Shown here piece after piece: positions 49,219-62,722 of a DNA stretch of 64,000 bases. The stretch is from assembly GCA_964188305.1 (NCBI GenBank), contig OZ076897.1; one strand, 5' to 3'. Position numbers and translations under genes: made by a program. Each line of letters begins with the position of its first letter. The stretch's first letter is position 1. This stretch comes from Podarcis bocagei (lineage: Eukaryota). Below the pieces are notes generated by a model that saw nothing but the letters and a program-made list of their open reading frames with translations, made no database searches and was not told the origin of the DNA.

Positions 49219-49402
49219 AAAGGTAAAGGGACCCCTGACCATTAGGTCCAATTGTGAACGACTCTGGGGTTGCAGCAGTCATCTCGCTTTAGTGGCCGAG
49301 GGAGCCGACGTTTGTCCGCAGACAGTTTTTTCCGGGTTATGTGGCCAGCATGACTAAGCCGCTTCTGGGGAACCAGAGCAGCGCACGGAAATGCCGTTTA
49401 CC
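49219..49402 (-). mobile_element. Sauria SINE (Squam1), 5'-truncated
   Basis: aaggtaaagggacccctgaccattaggtcc...gactctggggttgc...ggccagcatgactaagccgcttctgg...gcgcacggaaatgccgtttacc, the lacertid-type Sauria SINE 3' half. Confidence 0.9.
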
Positions 49403-49594
49403 AGTAGGGTTCGGAATACAGCCTTTGCTTCTTGCTCAGGACAGCTTGTGTCATCATCTTTTCTTTGATCTATAGACTCTATAAGATGTCACAATACATT
49501 TCCTGCTTATCTGGGCCTGTATCTAATGTGTGAAGGCTTGTGATAGGAAGCCCTCATTGAAATGCACTTATTCTGCCTTCTTCCTTCTTTGCAG

Positions 49595-49690
49595 TCTTTG
49601 AGCAGTATCAAAGAGCCCGAACGCAGTTTGTTCAGACTGTTGCAGAACTTGCTACTAGGCCGCAAAATATCGAGACTCTTCAGAATGCAG
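49595..49690 (+). CDS. SPAG6: SPAG6 coding exon 2 (gene continues beyond the window)
   Basis: ctttgcag|TC; VFEQYQRARTQFVQTVAELATRPQNIETLQNA plus G; CAG|gtaaac. Exon 3 was not found in the window. Confidence 0.95.
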
Positions 49691-52600
49691 GTAAACAAAC
49701 AAACACAACAAAAAACAGTGCTTCAGAATAAAAAAATGCATAAACCCTTTTGTTTATCTTACCATAGAACTGAGAGCAGTCTGATACTTTGAAGTCCCCT
49801 TCCTTATTAGATAGCTTAAAGATGGTCCAATAAAATGAGCAGGTAAGACATATGTCTATCCATTAAAGTCAGCTGAAATATTAGCTTCATATAGCCACAC
49901 ATTGCACCAAGGGAACTCCCCACATGTGTGACTATTTACAAGCTGTTTGCAGACTATTTCAAGTAATGAAAGACAGAGCAGGGGTGGGGACTGCAATTTA
50001 CCACTCAGTGCCAAGTCTTTCTATTCTAGGCATTGCTGTTAGAAGAGGAGGGTATAAAACAGGTATTAATTGTACAGTACTTAACAATTCCCTTCTCAGG
50101 GTGCTACTTGAAACAGCAGAGTAAACAAACTGTTTTCAGAATTCACAATGCTGCTTTTCTAAAATACGATTTTTCCCAGACAAGCAAATCTTATATCCGG
50201 AGAAGAAGACATCACTGTGACACAAAAAGAAGTTTTATGTTGGTTTTTAATTTAATTTAATTTTATAATCTTTCAAACATATATATAGTCCAAAACTTGG
50301 TTGCCGAAGTTTACATACATACACACATATATAATGTTATTTGTATGTTGTCTTTCCATAGTTCAAATCATGCTCTAGATGAAACATGAAAAAAGAGTGC
50401 ATAATTACAGTAAAACAAAAGTTGCCATAAACAATAAGTAAAACATTAAAAAAATTCACAATCAAATTGCACAATTTCAACATAAATAATAAAAAATCTA
50501 TAATAAGGATGCAGTTTTTAAAATATCAATAGCAGCAACGGTTCCCTCATATCTCCTAAACAATACCCCAGCCCAAGAGTGTGTTCAGCAACCTCAGCTT
50601 TCGTAGCAGGAGTCACTTACTGCCCTCCTCCCAGGCCAGATTACAGAAATGTTACTTACTTGGAGAGTGATCCGTTTAAATTTTAATATTTTTAGTTTTA
50701 GACTGCAAGTCTAATCACAGTTACTAGAGACAAAGCACCATGGAATGTAATAGGACTTACTTCCAAGTAAATATGCATAGGATTGTTCTGCTAGGCTACA
50801 GTCCCATGTTCCTGAACATAGTGGGGACCAGGCTACTTCTGAAAAAAACCCCAACCACATTCATACGATGGTGATGCTAAAACAATCCTAAGAACTTCAC
50901 CAAATATAAAAATGCATGTTCTTCTAATTTAGCCGATCTGTTTATAAATAGTGACATGATTTGTACTTGCGGCCTTGTGTGTGTGTGTGTGAAATCCCAC
51001 GTGCTTGATTTCTTCCATATTGACTATTCATGGCATAGTGCTCACAAACAGTAGCTGATGTTTATACCTGTAACTAGACTGTGCTTTGTCAGACTGCAGA
51101 TGGAGTAGGTACTGACATGATTGAATACTCCTCAATACAAAATAATAATAAAAAATCCCTGCATATAGAAGATGTCTTACAAGAGCGATGTAAGAGCTCT
51201 TGGACCCATTCATGTTCATTATATATTTGTCAATATTCAACTTATATCTGATTTTCATCAATTAAATCAGTTGAAGCCACTAATTCCTGAAATCCTTTCA
51301 TCTGTTGTCTGCCATAAGTCAACCATGCAAATTTTGTGAGTTTATGCATTTTTGCAACCTTTCAGGATTTCCCCAACCAATCCTTCTCCTGTTCTCCTAC
51401 TTATCAACATTTACCCTGTTGTTAGTAAATTCCTAACCTAGTTCTTTTCCCCCGATATCAGTAAGCTTACAAAAATTCTTAAGCTGGTAATTTGTCTCTT
51501 CAATTTTGTAAGATGTATCTTTTCAAATTGAGCTTTTATCATGAAGTGCCCTGGGAAAAGGAAGAAGAAAGAAACACATTTTCATATCAATGGGCTTTGT
51601 GTTAAAATTATAGCATGTTAAGGTATGTTCTTAAGATGGGCTTTGAATGTGACACACACCAAAAAAATAGCTGTCACCTTTATAACCTATTGTAAGTACC
51701 TATCTTAAAATGCTATAATTTTGTGCATTATACTCTTGTGGATAAGAGGTATCAGAACAAGGCTGTAATGTGTGTAACCTTCATTGAGGAGGTTTTTTAA
51801 ATAAAAAAACATAATGAAGATGTTTGCTTCAATAACAGCAGATCACGGTTTAAGGGTGCAATATCCAGTGTAGAAATACAACGAAAAATTTTTAAACTTG
51901 AAAAAACTGTTTCTCTAAAAAGAAACCTTGTTCCAGCCCTGAAAATAGCGCTCACCATCACTGAAATCCTTCTAATTTCAGATTATAACTTTTAATTGTT
52001 AATGAGAAATGATTACGGTAATATTTATATTTAAGCCCCATACTTGTACATCTCAGGATATTTCACTTGTGTGAGATTTTTCAATTTTTTTTAAAAAATT
52101 AATCTGTAAGTCAGATTTAAATAACGATTGCAAGAGAGGAAACTCTTATAAGAATTGCAGCTAGTGAGGTATGAAAATACAAGCTGGTTCTTAAATGCTG
52201 AAGGAAAAAGAGGGATATAAATAAACATTGTGTTTAACAATATGGTTGCTGTGGCTGATGAAAAATGTATCGTTCAAAAAGTGGTGATGTATTTTAAATC
52301 ATATGTTCACCTATAAAAAGTATCCTTTTCACTTTTTCAGTTATATTTCTCATACTTCTTGCAGCACCTCTGAGTATGTTGGCATCTCCTCATGTTGGAA
52401 GGGACCTGTATGTTGAAACAATGCAAAGAATTTTGATGACTCAGCCTGCACATTTATCACCCACCATGCTGAATGTAGCTCACACGCCCTGATACAGTGG
52501 TCTACCTGGAGCTCAGTAAACCTTTTTGTTGCTGTAGTCTCGATCTTCAAAAGCAGAGAGGGTTATCACTACACTACATAGCTAGTGAACTGAGTTTTCC

Positions 52601-52750
52601 ATATGCCACAAGTTGTGCAGGTCTGATTTACAAATATGTAGTGTAGAAGGAGATACAGTATATCCTTTCAGGACAAGGACAACCCCTTTAAGTAAGGACA
52701 TTTGACAAACTGCAACTAACCAAACTGGGAAATCCAGTTTTTACTCAGTA

Positions 52751-53000
52751 CAGTTGCACCTCGGAAGTTGAACGCCTTGCGAGTCAAACCTTTTGTCTCC
52801 CGAATGCTGCAAACCTGGAAGTGAGTGTTCCGATTTGCGAGTGTTCTTTGGAACCCGAACATCTGATGCGGGTTCCGCAGCTTCTTATTGGCTGCAGGAG
52901 CTTCCTGCAGCCAATCGGAAGCAGTTCCTTGGTTTCCGAACATTTTGGAAGTCGAATGGACTTCCAGAACGGATTCCGTTTAACTTCTGAGGTACGGATG
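52751..53000. mobile_element. Tc1/mariner (Tigger-like) MITE, family A
   Basis: TA|cagttgcacctcggaagttgaacg ... cgtttaacttctgaggtacggatg|TA; TA target duplication. Confidence 0.8.
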
Positions 53001-54544
53001 TAGTAATCAGGTGAAGCAGCACATTTTAGTGTCATATTTTTCAGTCTTTCTCAGAATATAAGGCCCATGCGTGGAATGGTGAACTATGTCAGTATTTCTA
53101 CCAGTGTGTTCAAGGAATACAGATTCTCTCCCCCCCCCCCCCCCCCGGTTTTGGGTGCTTAACACTCCTCATCACACCCCCATGCATAGCTCTTTCCAGT
53201 GCTGCTAATCTCTTTCTTCATCACTAAATTAACCTACAAAGAAATGACAAGCATCACAACATATTTTTCCACTGTGATTATTCTTGACTAAATATTTGTT
53301 GTTGTTGTTAAAAGTAGAATTTTCTTGTCCAAATCTTCTGACTGTAATGAATTGGTACAGTGGTCATATTTTGACTAGAAACTCTTATGACAGAAAATGA
53401 GCGTAGTTAATTATTTCCATAAAGGAATATGAAATTCAGTTTGAGAAACACTTGTCTAGCCTACAACAGAGAAATCTGTTATGCTGCCTCTAAATAAAAA
53501 CCAAGGCTGGAATGAAGCTATTTATATGGCACTGAAAAGGAAAAGAATTGTGATTGTCTCCTTCTGCTATCAGCTTATCTATCACTAAGAGCTTTCCCTT
53601 CATACATACAACTAACGTAAGAGAATTGAGCTCGGGAGCAACTCCCTCTTCCCAGGGTTGGCCCAATATATTTTGCTGCCTGAGGCAGGGGAGATGTACC
53701 TTCACCCGCATTTCCACCCACAACTCCATATACAGAAGGCAGGCAAATTGGCAATTGAATTTTAATGAAATGCTAGTGATGGGAGGGTGTCTTCAGTTGA
53801 ACCTGAGGGCAGCAGCGGGTGCAGGGTAGGCCACGTGGCACATAAAACAACTGCCAACGCCTTGCTGCTACTACCTAAGGTTGCCTCCTCGCCTAGCCTA
53901 GTGGAAGGCACGCCCCTGATTCTGCTGGTTGTGCAGATTGGCTGGCCTTCTGACAGCCGTGAAGTCAATTCCTGTTCTGTTGCCCGGAGCAGTATATAAG
54001 CTAAAACACACACCCTAGAGTGGCTATATCAAAGTCCCAGGTAAGCATTAAATCAAAGAAGCATACCAGGCATTGGGAGAGGGAGGGGAGCCTGAGCACA
54101 GCATGGGGGTCATCCATGATTAATTTGGAACCAGAGCTTCTCCCACAACAGAAAAAAATCTCTGCTGTCTTACTGATACACACCTGAAGTGCGTGGTTGC
54201 ATAAGACCCAATTCTAATCTAATGTACTGGTTTTTCAGTAGAATTCGGTTTAACATTAACAAGATGGAGTGCTATGCTCCTCTTCAGTATTTCAGCCTTC
54301 TAGCCGTACTCTCCTCAACAGCATTCCATTCCCCTCTTCACCCAGTTTTCTGTTCCCCACTGGGCCACTGAACATGTTCAGTCCTGACTCAACCGATTTT
54401 TGGGGCTGCTTCTTCTTCTTCTTAATTCTACAAACCCTAGATGTTCCCCCAAGTCTGCTGATACATCCCTCTTATGTGTGGATTTTGTTGCTTTGTCTAC
54501 AGGAGGAATAAAACATCATCATTATATTCATCATTTTATTTGTA

Positions 54545-54786
54545 CAGTGGTACCTCAGGTTACATACGCTTCAGGTTACATACGCTTCAGGTTACAGACT
54601 CCGCTAACCCAGAAATAGTGCTTCAGGTTAATAACTTTGCTTCAGGATGAGAACAGAAATCGTGCTCTGGCGGCGCAGCAGCAGCAGGAGGCCCCATTAG
54701 CTAAAGTGGTGCTTCAGGTTAAGAACAGTTTCAGGTTAAGTATGGACCTCCGGAACGAATTAAGTACTTAACCCGAGGTACCACTG
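54545..54786. mobile_element. Tc1/mariner (Tigger-like) MITE, family B
   Basis: TA|CAGTGGTACCTCAGGTTA ... TAACCCGAGGTACCACTG|TA; second copy at 59043. Confidence 0.9.
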
Positions 54787-56644
54787 TATGCTGCCTTTTC
54801 GTAGTTAAAACCTTGCTCAAGATGGCTTACAAGATGACAAGATTTACATAATTACGAACGTAACAAAAGCCATAAACAAAAAAGAAACCACATCAAAAAG
54901 TACACAATCAAATTGAAATCATTTCCACATAAATCCTAATAATATCTAAAAATGAATATGTATAAGTTAACAACAACAACCTCCAACAAAACAGCCCAAA
55001 CAATACCACAAGAATTGTCTAGCAGCTTTTGTAGCTGGAGTCAGTCAGTCAGGCCAGAAAGGCAGGGAGCAGATCTTCCAGGGCTCACAGCCAAGATGGT
55101 CTCTGGCCTCTTCAACAGCCTCAGCTTTGACAAAGCCCTTGGAATTTTATTATCAGAGGGAACAAGTAAGGCCACACAACAAAATGTTGTATTGTGTCCT
55201 TGGTGTGTGTGTGACCTGATCCTGTGGCTAAGGGGATTGAAAACAAGCAAAAATTAATATCAAGAAAGAGTCTGTGCTCTAACTTGGGTCTTAAACCATC
55301 TGCAAATAAAAAAGAAGTTTTTGAACATTTTAAAAGTGTAACCAGTCTGCATCCATTCAGTACAGCTTAAGGTTGCGGCATGCAGTTGAGTGCTTGATTT
55401 GGCCTACAGGGAGGGCAATGTAAGTAGAATGACCTTTGCTGCAACCTGAGAGATATGTGAGACCCTTGATGGGAAGTGCAAGCCAGCCTTAGCCTCATTT
55501 CTGCCTTGCAGTGTTCACAGCAAGCTACATTGCTGGGCTGCTATAAGCTACTTTCAGTGCAGCCCTTTTAGGAGTGATAGGAGTAAAGCAGTGAGTTATA
55601 CTGAAGAGTTGTTGTTTACTACTGCCCAGCCTGCAATGTGGGGAACAAAAGCAAGGGTTGTTAGAATCTCTCAGCTTCAGTTCAACTCCTCATGAGCAGT
55701 AGGGGATCTAATATCACTGGACAACACTGCAGGGTTGTTGTGAACCAGTCAGAGCCTAGTATGCAGTGTGAACTACACATTACTTGTCTGTCATAAGCCA
55801 TTTTGGAAAATGGACTATTAATTGCATTTGCTTGGAATTTGTAGGCTTCTTTTAATATTCTGTACTAATTAAGAACTGATTTAGAAAGAGTGGGAAGTCT
55901 TCTCTTTGCTGCTGCGTGGACACACTGGTGCCCAATCGTAGCTATATTAAAATATTGAATTTCTCCATCAATTACCATAGGCAGCTCTCATTTCCATCCC
56001 TGAGGACATGTAAAAATAGCTTCTCAGCGTGAGCCAGAAAATGACATATCCAGACAATGAGATTGGTCTGTCTAAGCTTTTTTATTTCTGTTTGTCTCTT
56101 CCTCCCTTTTTAGCTCTTCTTTCTTAGCATTTGGTTTCTGTTTCCTCCCCAGCAATCAGTACACATTTTGTCCCCACTGAGTGTGTATAGTCCCTCACTG
56201 GGTTGTTTTGGGATTCCCCTGCCTTAGGTTTTCCCCCATACTTTTTTTTTTGGGTGCTTCTGAAAACCTTGGGGTTTTCCTGAGTCCGCTGGTTCTTCCC
56301 TCTCTTGGGCTTGTCACTGTTGTTTTGGTTTCAAAAGTGCAGACGCTCTCTGAAATTGGAAGTAGGATATAAAATGGTGTTCTGATGTGCTTATTATCAA
56401 ATAAAGGAATCCCAGCACAAGAGTACAACCAATCATTTGGTGTAGGGGCTGGAACATGACTATCCCCAGTGAGGAAGAGACCAGCATATTTATTCAGAGC
56501 GCAACTGTTTTTAGAAAAGGTATAGGCACATCTTTTAAATTTGACCTTTTAATTTTTCTGTGACGTTGTTCGCTGTAATGCTTTTATTGACCTTGATCTT
56601 TTACGCCACCATGGTAATTTTCAGAAAGGCAGTGTAACAATACT

Positions 56645-56870
56645 GAGAGCCAAGTGCGGTGTAGAAGTCAGAGTGTAGGACTTGGGAAACCAGGGTTCAA
56701 ATACCCCCTTAGCCACGAAGCTCACTGGATGACTTTGGGCCAGTCAGTTTTGCAGCCTAACCAGCCTCATAGTCTTGCTGTGGGGATTAATTGAGGAGGG
56801 GGGAAACCATGGAGGCCACCTTGATCTCCTTGGAGAAGTAATAATAAAAAAGTAAACGCAATAAATAAAT
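56645..56870 (+). mobile_element. Squam3-like SINE, near full length
   Basis: gagagccaagtgcggtgtag...cagggttcaaat...gaagctcactggatgactttgggccagtca...; A-rich tail. Confidence 0.8.
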
Positions 56871-58653
56871 ATATAGGCGGGATTCAACTAAGTTTTACTC
56901 CAAGTAGTCCTGCTGAAATTAATGAATGTGACTATGTTAGGTCCATTAATTTCGGTGGGTCTACTCTGAGTAAAATTTACTGCCCATCAGTTTCGAAGCT
57001 GCACTGCACAGGCGATTGGATTCTCTGCTACGTTTCTTGGGATACTAATCTTGGATCCTGCTGTGGATTTGTTCTGCTCCTTCAGTAACAGTTGGCAGTT
57101 GTGATAACAGATATATGGTACTAACTGAGTTTAAAAATAGAATAGCCCAAGTTGCCTCCAGTTGCCTTGCACAGACAGGTCTCTGCACTTTTACAGTGAA
57201 TGCAAACATATGCAGAGATCCTCTCTATGTGGTTTGGGTTCCATGTTACGGGAGGAAGAGGAAGAGGAAGGGGGAAGACTGATTATCTGTATATTCCTCT
57301 ATCAATCTACTGATCTAGACTACTTGCCCACCTATCCCTAGAGGTTTGGGCAGGCAGCTATACTAAAACGAAGATTCAAATCCGTAAATAAAATATGAGT
57401 CAACATGCCACAATACAACCTGGGAATTTAAATAACCCCAATGTTGATTTAAGTCTCTCCCCCCCCCCCCCGCCCAGTGTTCAGGTTTGGTCTTTGCTAA
57501 GTTTCCAGGGGAAGATCCTCAGCTGTGGCTTAATCCCTAGCACACTGTCATTTGTGGCAGAACCACAGTGTATAAAAACCAATGCTTGAATTCTAGGAGG
57601 AAAGGAGGAGGCGCTTTAGTGAAATCCATATTCCATCCCCTGTCCCTCCTCTCAATATTAGCTAAATCATACCCCACCTTCTAAAAATGGTAGCTGGGAG
57701 GGCACCACAAAATTACTGTCCCCCTGTAATTTGAATACTGATAAAAAAGGCTTTGGGGATCAATTTGGACCATTCCATTTGTGTAGAGTTGTCAACACCT
57801 GAAGGAAAGGTAGTTAGTTCCTTTGCTTTGCAGCGGTGAAAAGTCATCAAGTCATTTCCCATCCCATTGCGGCAGTAAAAGCAGGCATCCTTGTTGATTG
57901 TCTCACAGCTGGCAACATGCGGCCTTCAAGGGAAGAGCTCCTCTTGGGGGGAGCATTATGTCGTATGTGGGAGAATGTGATGCCTTTAGTTTAGAAGCCC
58001 TTTTGCCACCATCTCCTCATATGTAGACTTTTCCTTGTGTTCTCTTGGGAGTGCTACTCTTCAGCCCGATGAAAGGCTGCAGATGTTGGATGCTCAGGTC
58101 CCGACATATGGAGGTGGCGTGGGGGGTGGGGAGAAGCACTTCTTCTGATGAAAATGCTGCTGAAATATTGGCAAGCAATTTGCCCATCAACTTTTTATTT
58201 CTGCCCTGCTGTGATTTATGTTCTGGGTCTGTTTCTGCGTTTAATATTTTCTTTCAGGCATTGCCTTTTAAGCATATCTATATCCTTTTGGCAGTTTCAG
58301 ATCTGGAGGTTTGGTCTCAATATGCATCATTATAGGCAGCTGGTGGCCAGGCCTTTTAAAATGGGGGTGGTGAAGTATCTCTTCTGAGCCAGTCAGCACT
58401 GATTGCAGGCACATTTCCAGCAGTGTATCCTTGCTTGCATTTAATCTCTCTGAAACTATCTCTATCCTCTCTTCCCCCAATCAACCGTAGGGGAGTTTTA
58501 GAGCCCCCTGTTTCTTAGAGTCCACAAGTGCCACTGGGATTTTATCCTCCTCCTGAGAATATAAGATTACTCTCAGAATATAGAATACCCTTCCGCTTTG
58601 CATGCAGAAGGTGACAGTCAGTGTACATAATGGACCAGTGGTCTGATTCAGTA

Positions 58654-58894
58654 CAGTGGTACCTTGGTTCTCGAACGTAACCCATTCCGGAAGTCTGTTC
58701 AACTTCCGAAACGTTCGAAAACCAAGGCGCGGCTTCCGATTGGTGCAGGAGCCCTGGAAACAATAGACGACAGCCGCATCGGAAGTCCGACTTCCAAAAA
58801 ATGTTCGAAAACTGGAACACTTACTTCCAGGTTTTCAGTGTTTGGGAGCTAAAATGTTCGAGGACCAAGGTGTTCAAGAACCAAGATTCCACTG
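58654..58894. mobile_element. Tc1/mariner MITE related to family A, nested in a SINE tail
   Basis: TA|cagtggtaccttggttctcgaac ... gttcaagaaccaagattccactg|TA; the flanks rejoin as ggtctgattcagTAtaaggcagcttcctatg. Confidence 0.85.
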
Positions 58895-59042
58895 TATAAG
58901 GCAGCTTCCTATGGATGGAGAGTTTTGTCTCCCCAGGACCGTCCTAAGACATTTTGCAGCCTGAGGGAAAGGACTTCACAGGGATTTTGACAGGTGAGAG
59001 GGACAACTCACCTGTCAGTCAGCTGACTTCATGAATCAACCA

Positions 59043-59261
59043 CAGTGGTCCCTCGGGTTATAGACGCTTCAGGTTACAGCCTCTGCTAACCCAGAAATAG
59101 TACCTCAGGTTAAGAACTTTGCTTCAGGATGAGAACAGAAATTGCGCGGCGGTGGTGCGGCGGCAGACCCCATTAGATAAAGTGGTGCTTCAGGTTAAGA
59201 ACAGAACAGGTTAAGAAGGGACCTCCAGAACGAATTAAGTTCTTAACCTGAGGTACCACTG
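59043..59261. mobile_element. Tc1/mariner MITE, family B, copy 2
   Basis: cagtggtccctcgggtta ... taacctgaggtaccactg|TA; internally similar to 54545-54786. Confidence 0.88.
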
Positions 59262-60239
59262 TACCCCTGAAAGTTGGCTCACAGGGGTGGGGCTCACAGT
59301 TAACAGTCTGTCCCACTGAACCAAAAAGGTTCCCCACCCCTGCTGTGCTGCACCTGAAGACAACAGATTACCTTAAGGCATACAAGTCAGGTTGTGTCTG
59401 GTGACCACAGCTCTGACCTGTTATCCTACAAAGGGGTTTAGACACTCCCACACTTTGCAGTTGCTCTCTTCTCCTCCATCATGGAAACATTTCTCCCTAC
59501 CTCCTGGTTGGTTGGTCTAAATCCCTCCCGCCCCCTTCTGAAAAACTCATTCTTCTATTTCTTCTCTTTGCCTTTCCCTCCATTAGTTAAGGCCTTACCT
59601 AAGCCACAGCATTGGACAGGGCTGAGATTTCCTAAGACTTTCTCCTCTTGCCCCAATCTCCACCTGTACATCAGTGATGGCCTGCAGACCCTGAGGAGGG
59701 GGTAAAAATTGCAAGGAGGCAATGCCACCTTCTCTCTCTTACATGCCACCAAGCCCAGCTCTGAGTTTGGGGTCCATCAGGTTTCAGGGGTACTGGGCAG
59801 GCTTTGGTTTTGCTATTGTGTTCTCGGAGTGCTTTTTTTTGCATTGGGACAAATGGCAGATATTTTCTGTTGTGGGAAAAGGTGTGCTCATTCAACAACA
59901 TTGTTCACGTGTGTTCTAAATGATAAGAACACATTAGAGTGAGGCTTGGCTAGGGAGGATTGCTAAGGATGCATTTTGGAAGTGGTTGCTGTGTTGCAGG
60001 GGAGAGGGGTGTGAGGATGTAGCTTCTTTCTCCGTTCTTTTGTTTAGGTACTAATGATGTTATTTTATGGAGTTTATTGTATTTTGAATTGGATTTCTAT
60101 CTGTAAAGATTTTCTTTTTTAAGATAGCATTTTATTTTCCTTTTAACTAGGCTGCTTTAAATGTATATTGCTTACCTTCCTCTATCATGTCTTATTTTGA
60201 TATTTTGGAAGTGATTTTAATAATAGCAATAGCAGTGGC

Positions 60240-60290
<51 letters not shown>
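60240..60290. repeat. (AAT)n microsatellite
   Basis: About 17 units. Confidence 0.95.
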
Positions 60291-60291
<1 letters not shown>

Positions 60292-60304
60292 TGATTATTT
60301 TTGA

Positions 60305-60735
60305 AAAGCCTTTCTGGATCAGACTAAGGTCTGCTGAAGATGCCCAGTATTCTGCTTTCAGTGGTGGCCTGCCAAACGCTTACAAATTGGACATGAAGGT
60401 GGTTGTCATTTCCTGTTAGTGGTGGTATTCTCAGAAATATTCTGCTTTTGTAGATGGAGATTTCATTTAGCTAGTTGTTGATAGGCCCAGCCGCCAGGAG
60501 TTTTGTTTAATCCTTTAAAAAGGTCATTTAAGCCAACGGCCATCATCATATCTTTGGTGTATGTGTGTGAATTCCCTAAGTTTATTATGTGTAGTGTGAA
60601 GAAGCATTTTCTTTTTTCTGCCCTGAATCTACTGTAAATTGACTTCATTGGGTGACCTGAGTTCCTGTGCTATGACAGAGGGAGAAAGATTTCTCTCTCC
60701 ATATTGTTCATAACTTGTTCATAAACTGCTATCAT
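60305..60735 (-). mobile_element. CR1 LINE 3' remnant
   Basis: Minus ORF 60463-60648 (RKCFFTLHIINLGNS...MMMAVGLNDLFKGLNK) resembles the CR1 ORF2 C-terminal motif FFTxRVxxxWNxLPxxVVxAxSxxxFKxxLD. Confidence 0.75.
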
Positions 60736-62722
60736 GGCACTTGATTATGCACATAAACTCAAGCTTTAGTTCATATTTGTTCTTTTCATTCAAGTGACAT
60801 ATTTTTTCCTGCTCGGTAGGGTTTTTTGTTTTTTTAAAATAAAAAGAAAATCAGAAGTACATGTCAGAAACTGTGGCTGAACACTACCACTGAGTAATTT
60901 TGGTATTCTCTCTGGATAGTTTCACTTACCTATGGAACATACTGCTTCAAAAAACCTTGCATCACACAGTAGGCATACGCTAAATCTTTTACACAGGGAC
61001 TGTGCCATTGTCTAGCTTTGACTCAGCACAAGTGCTGTGAGGGCTACTGTAATTAAGTATATAAATAAACAAGAGTCGCTGAGGGTTGCTTATAATTGCT
61101 ATCTGAAGGGAATAGATTATAGAGGTTGTTCCCCAGTTAAGTTGTTTCTCATATATGTAGCACAATGTGGTGTTATTCCTTCAGGACATTCTGATGGGCT
61201 GATATGACACATACTTAAGTTTTGGACCGCACAATGGAATTTTTTTAATGGGTATTTGCATTTCTTCTTTGATGTAATTGAAACATATTAGCATATGTTT
61301 CTATACAGAATTAGACCACCTTTTAAAAATCATTTAGATATTTGGAACACTGTTATCACCACAGTGAGATGAGGTGAGTACTATTCTGTTTTTAGGTTTC
61401 CTAAACTAACTAGGACTGCACAACCAATTAAATTATTTTTATTGATCATATGCCCTTTAACTAATTAATTCATTTATCAGTTTGAATTAAACATATTTGC
61501 ACACCACAGACACCAACTGCAGATCCTTTTTGAGATAATGAAGGGAGTTGCATTTTTTAAAAAATGCTCATTAAATTTTAAGATATTAGTAATTTTAAAT
61601 TTTGTTTTTTTGAGACATGCACTGCTTCTGTTTTCAAAATATTCAGTGTAATGCTGAGATCTAGAAGCTTAACATTAAAAAAACCCTGAAATCATGATGT
61701 TACAACAGTCTCACATGTCCTTGGAACATCTCCAGATAGTTCACAGTGACAACCTTTGTTTAGGGCTTAGTGCTCCCTACCTAAGCCCATTGACATGTTT
61801 TCTGTGAACAGTCATTTTACATTGGTTTCCTGTAATTTATCATAAACTGCCAAGCAGCTCATGGCCCATAGTGGTTGGGTAAACTAGGTTATTTTAGGGT
61901 AGTGGCTGCAAGATAGCTAAGGTAAATTGGTGGGCTTATATTTAAGAATATTAACACAGATGAACTGCCCTTTAAAATTGTTAAAAGACAAATTTTCTCA
62001 CCCTTTTGTTTGTGGGTGGGTAAGATGGGAATTTAGACTTGCATGTGAGTACAAATAGAATGTCATACTTATTCCAGATTAATTACCACAATGTACAACG
62101 GTGCAGTCTTATGCATATTGGGTGCATGTGTCTTTAGAACACCTATGCTTTATTATTTTCTTAATATTTTACTGAATTTTCTTGCTGTATTTTACATTAT
62201 TTTGCATATTTTATTATGTACTGTCCTGGGAATGTTTTTTTTTGGATGGGTGGGATGGGAATGCTTAAAACAGATAATTTATTTGAGTAAGTACAGGCTT
62301 ACTTTACAATAGACTAGAGCAAAAAAAGAAGGCAGAGGTCAATAAGACCAAAATTGCTGATTGAATTACATTGTTTTGAAAGGGCAGTACTTTCATTCTG
62401 GGAGCAATGTGGTTACTGCTTCCTTTTGACTCCATCCCATAATGCCCTGCTGACATTAGGACGTGAAATTCACATGGGACATTGCTCCTTATTCCCAGAC
62501 AAAAATGTAGTATTGGCATGGAAAGTCACCATGGTTCCAACTCTTCCCACATGCAAACATTTCTGCTCCAGTCTTCCTGGTACAGCATGGGAAGTGACCA
62601 CAGAGGAAAAGCAGATAGCTTCCTCTTCTCATACAAGAACCAGTTGTGATCCTCTTGAGATAATGCAGATCTCCATTTTGAGATCTCCATTTTTCTAATC
62701 CTCTTCTTTCCCCGCCCCCAAT

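Noticed and set aside
25187-50790. Dispersed palindromic repeats considered as a CRISPR-like array or miRNA cluster
   Set aside because: Vertebrate DNA with irregular kb-scale spacing and high divergence between copies; a MITE origin is simpler.
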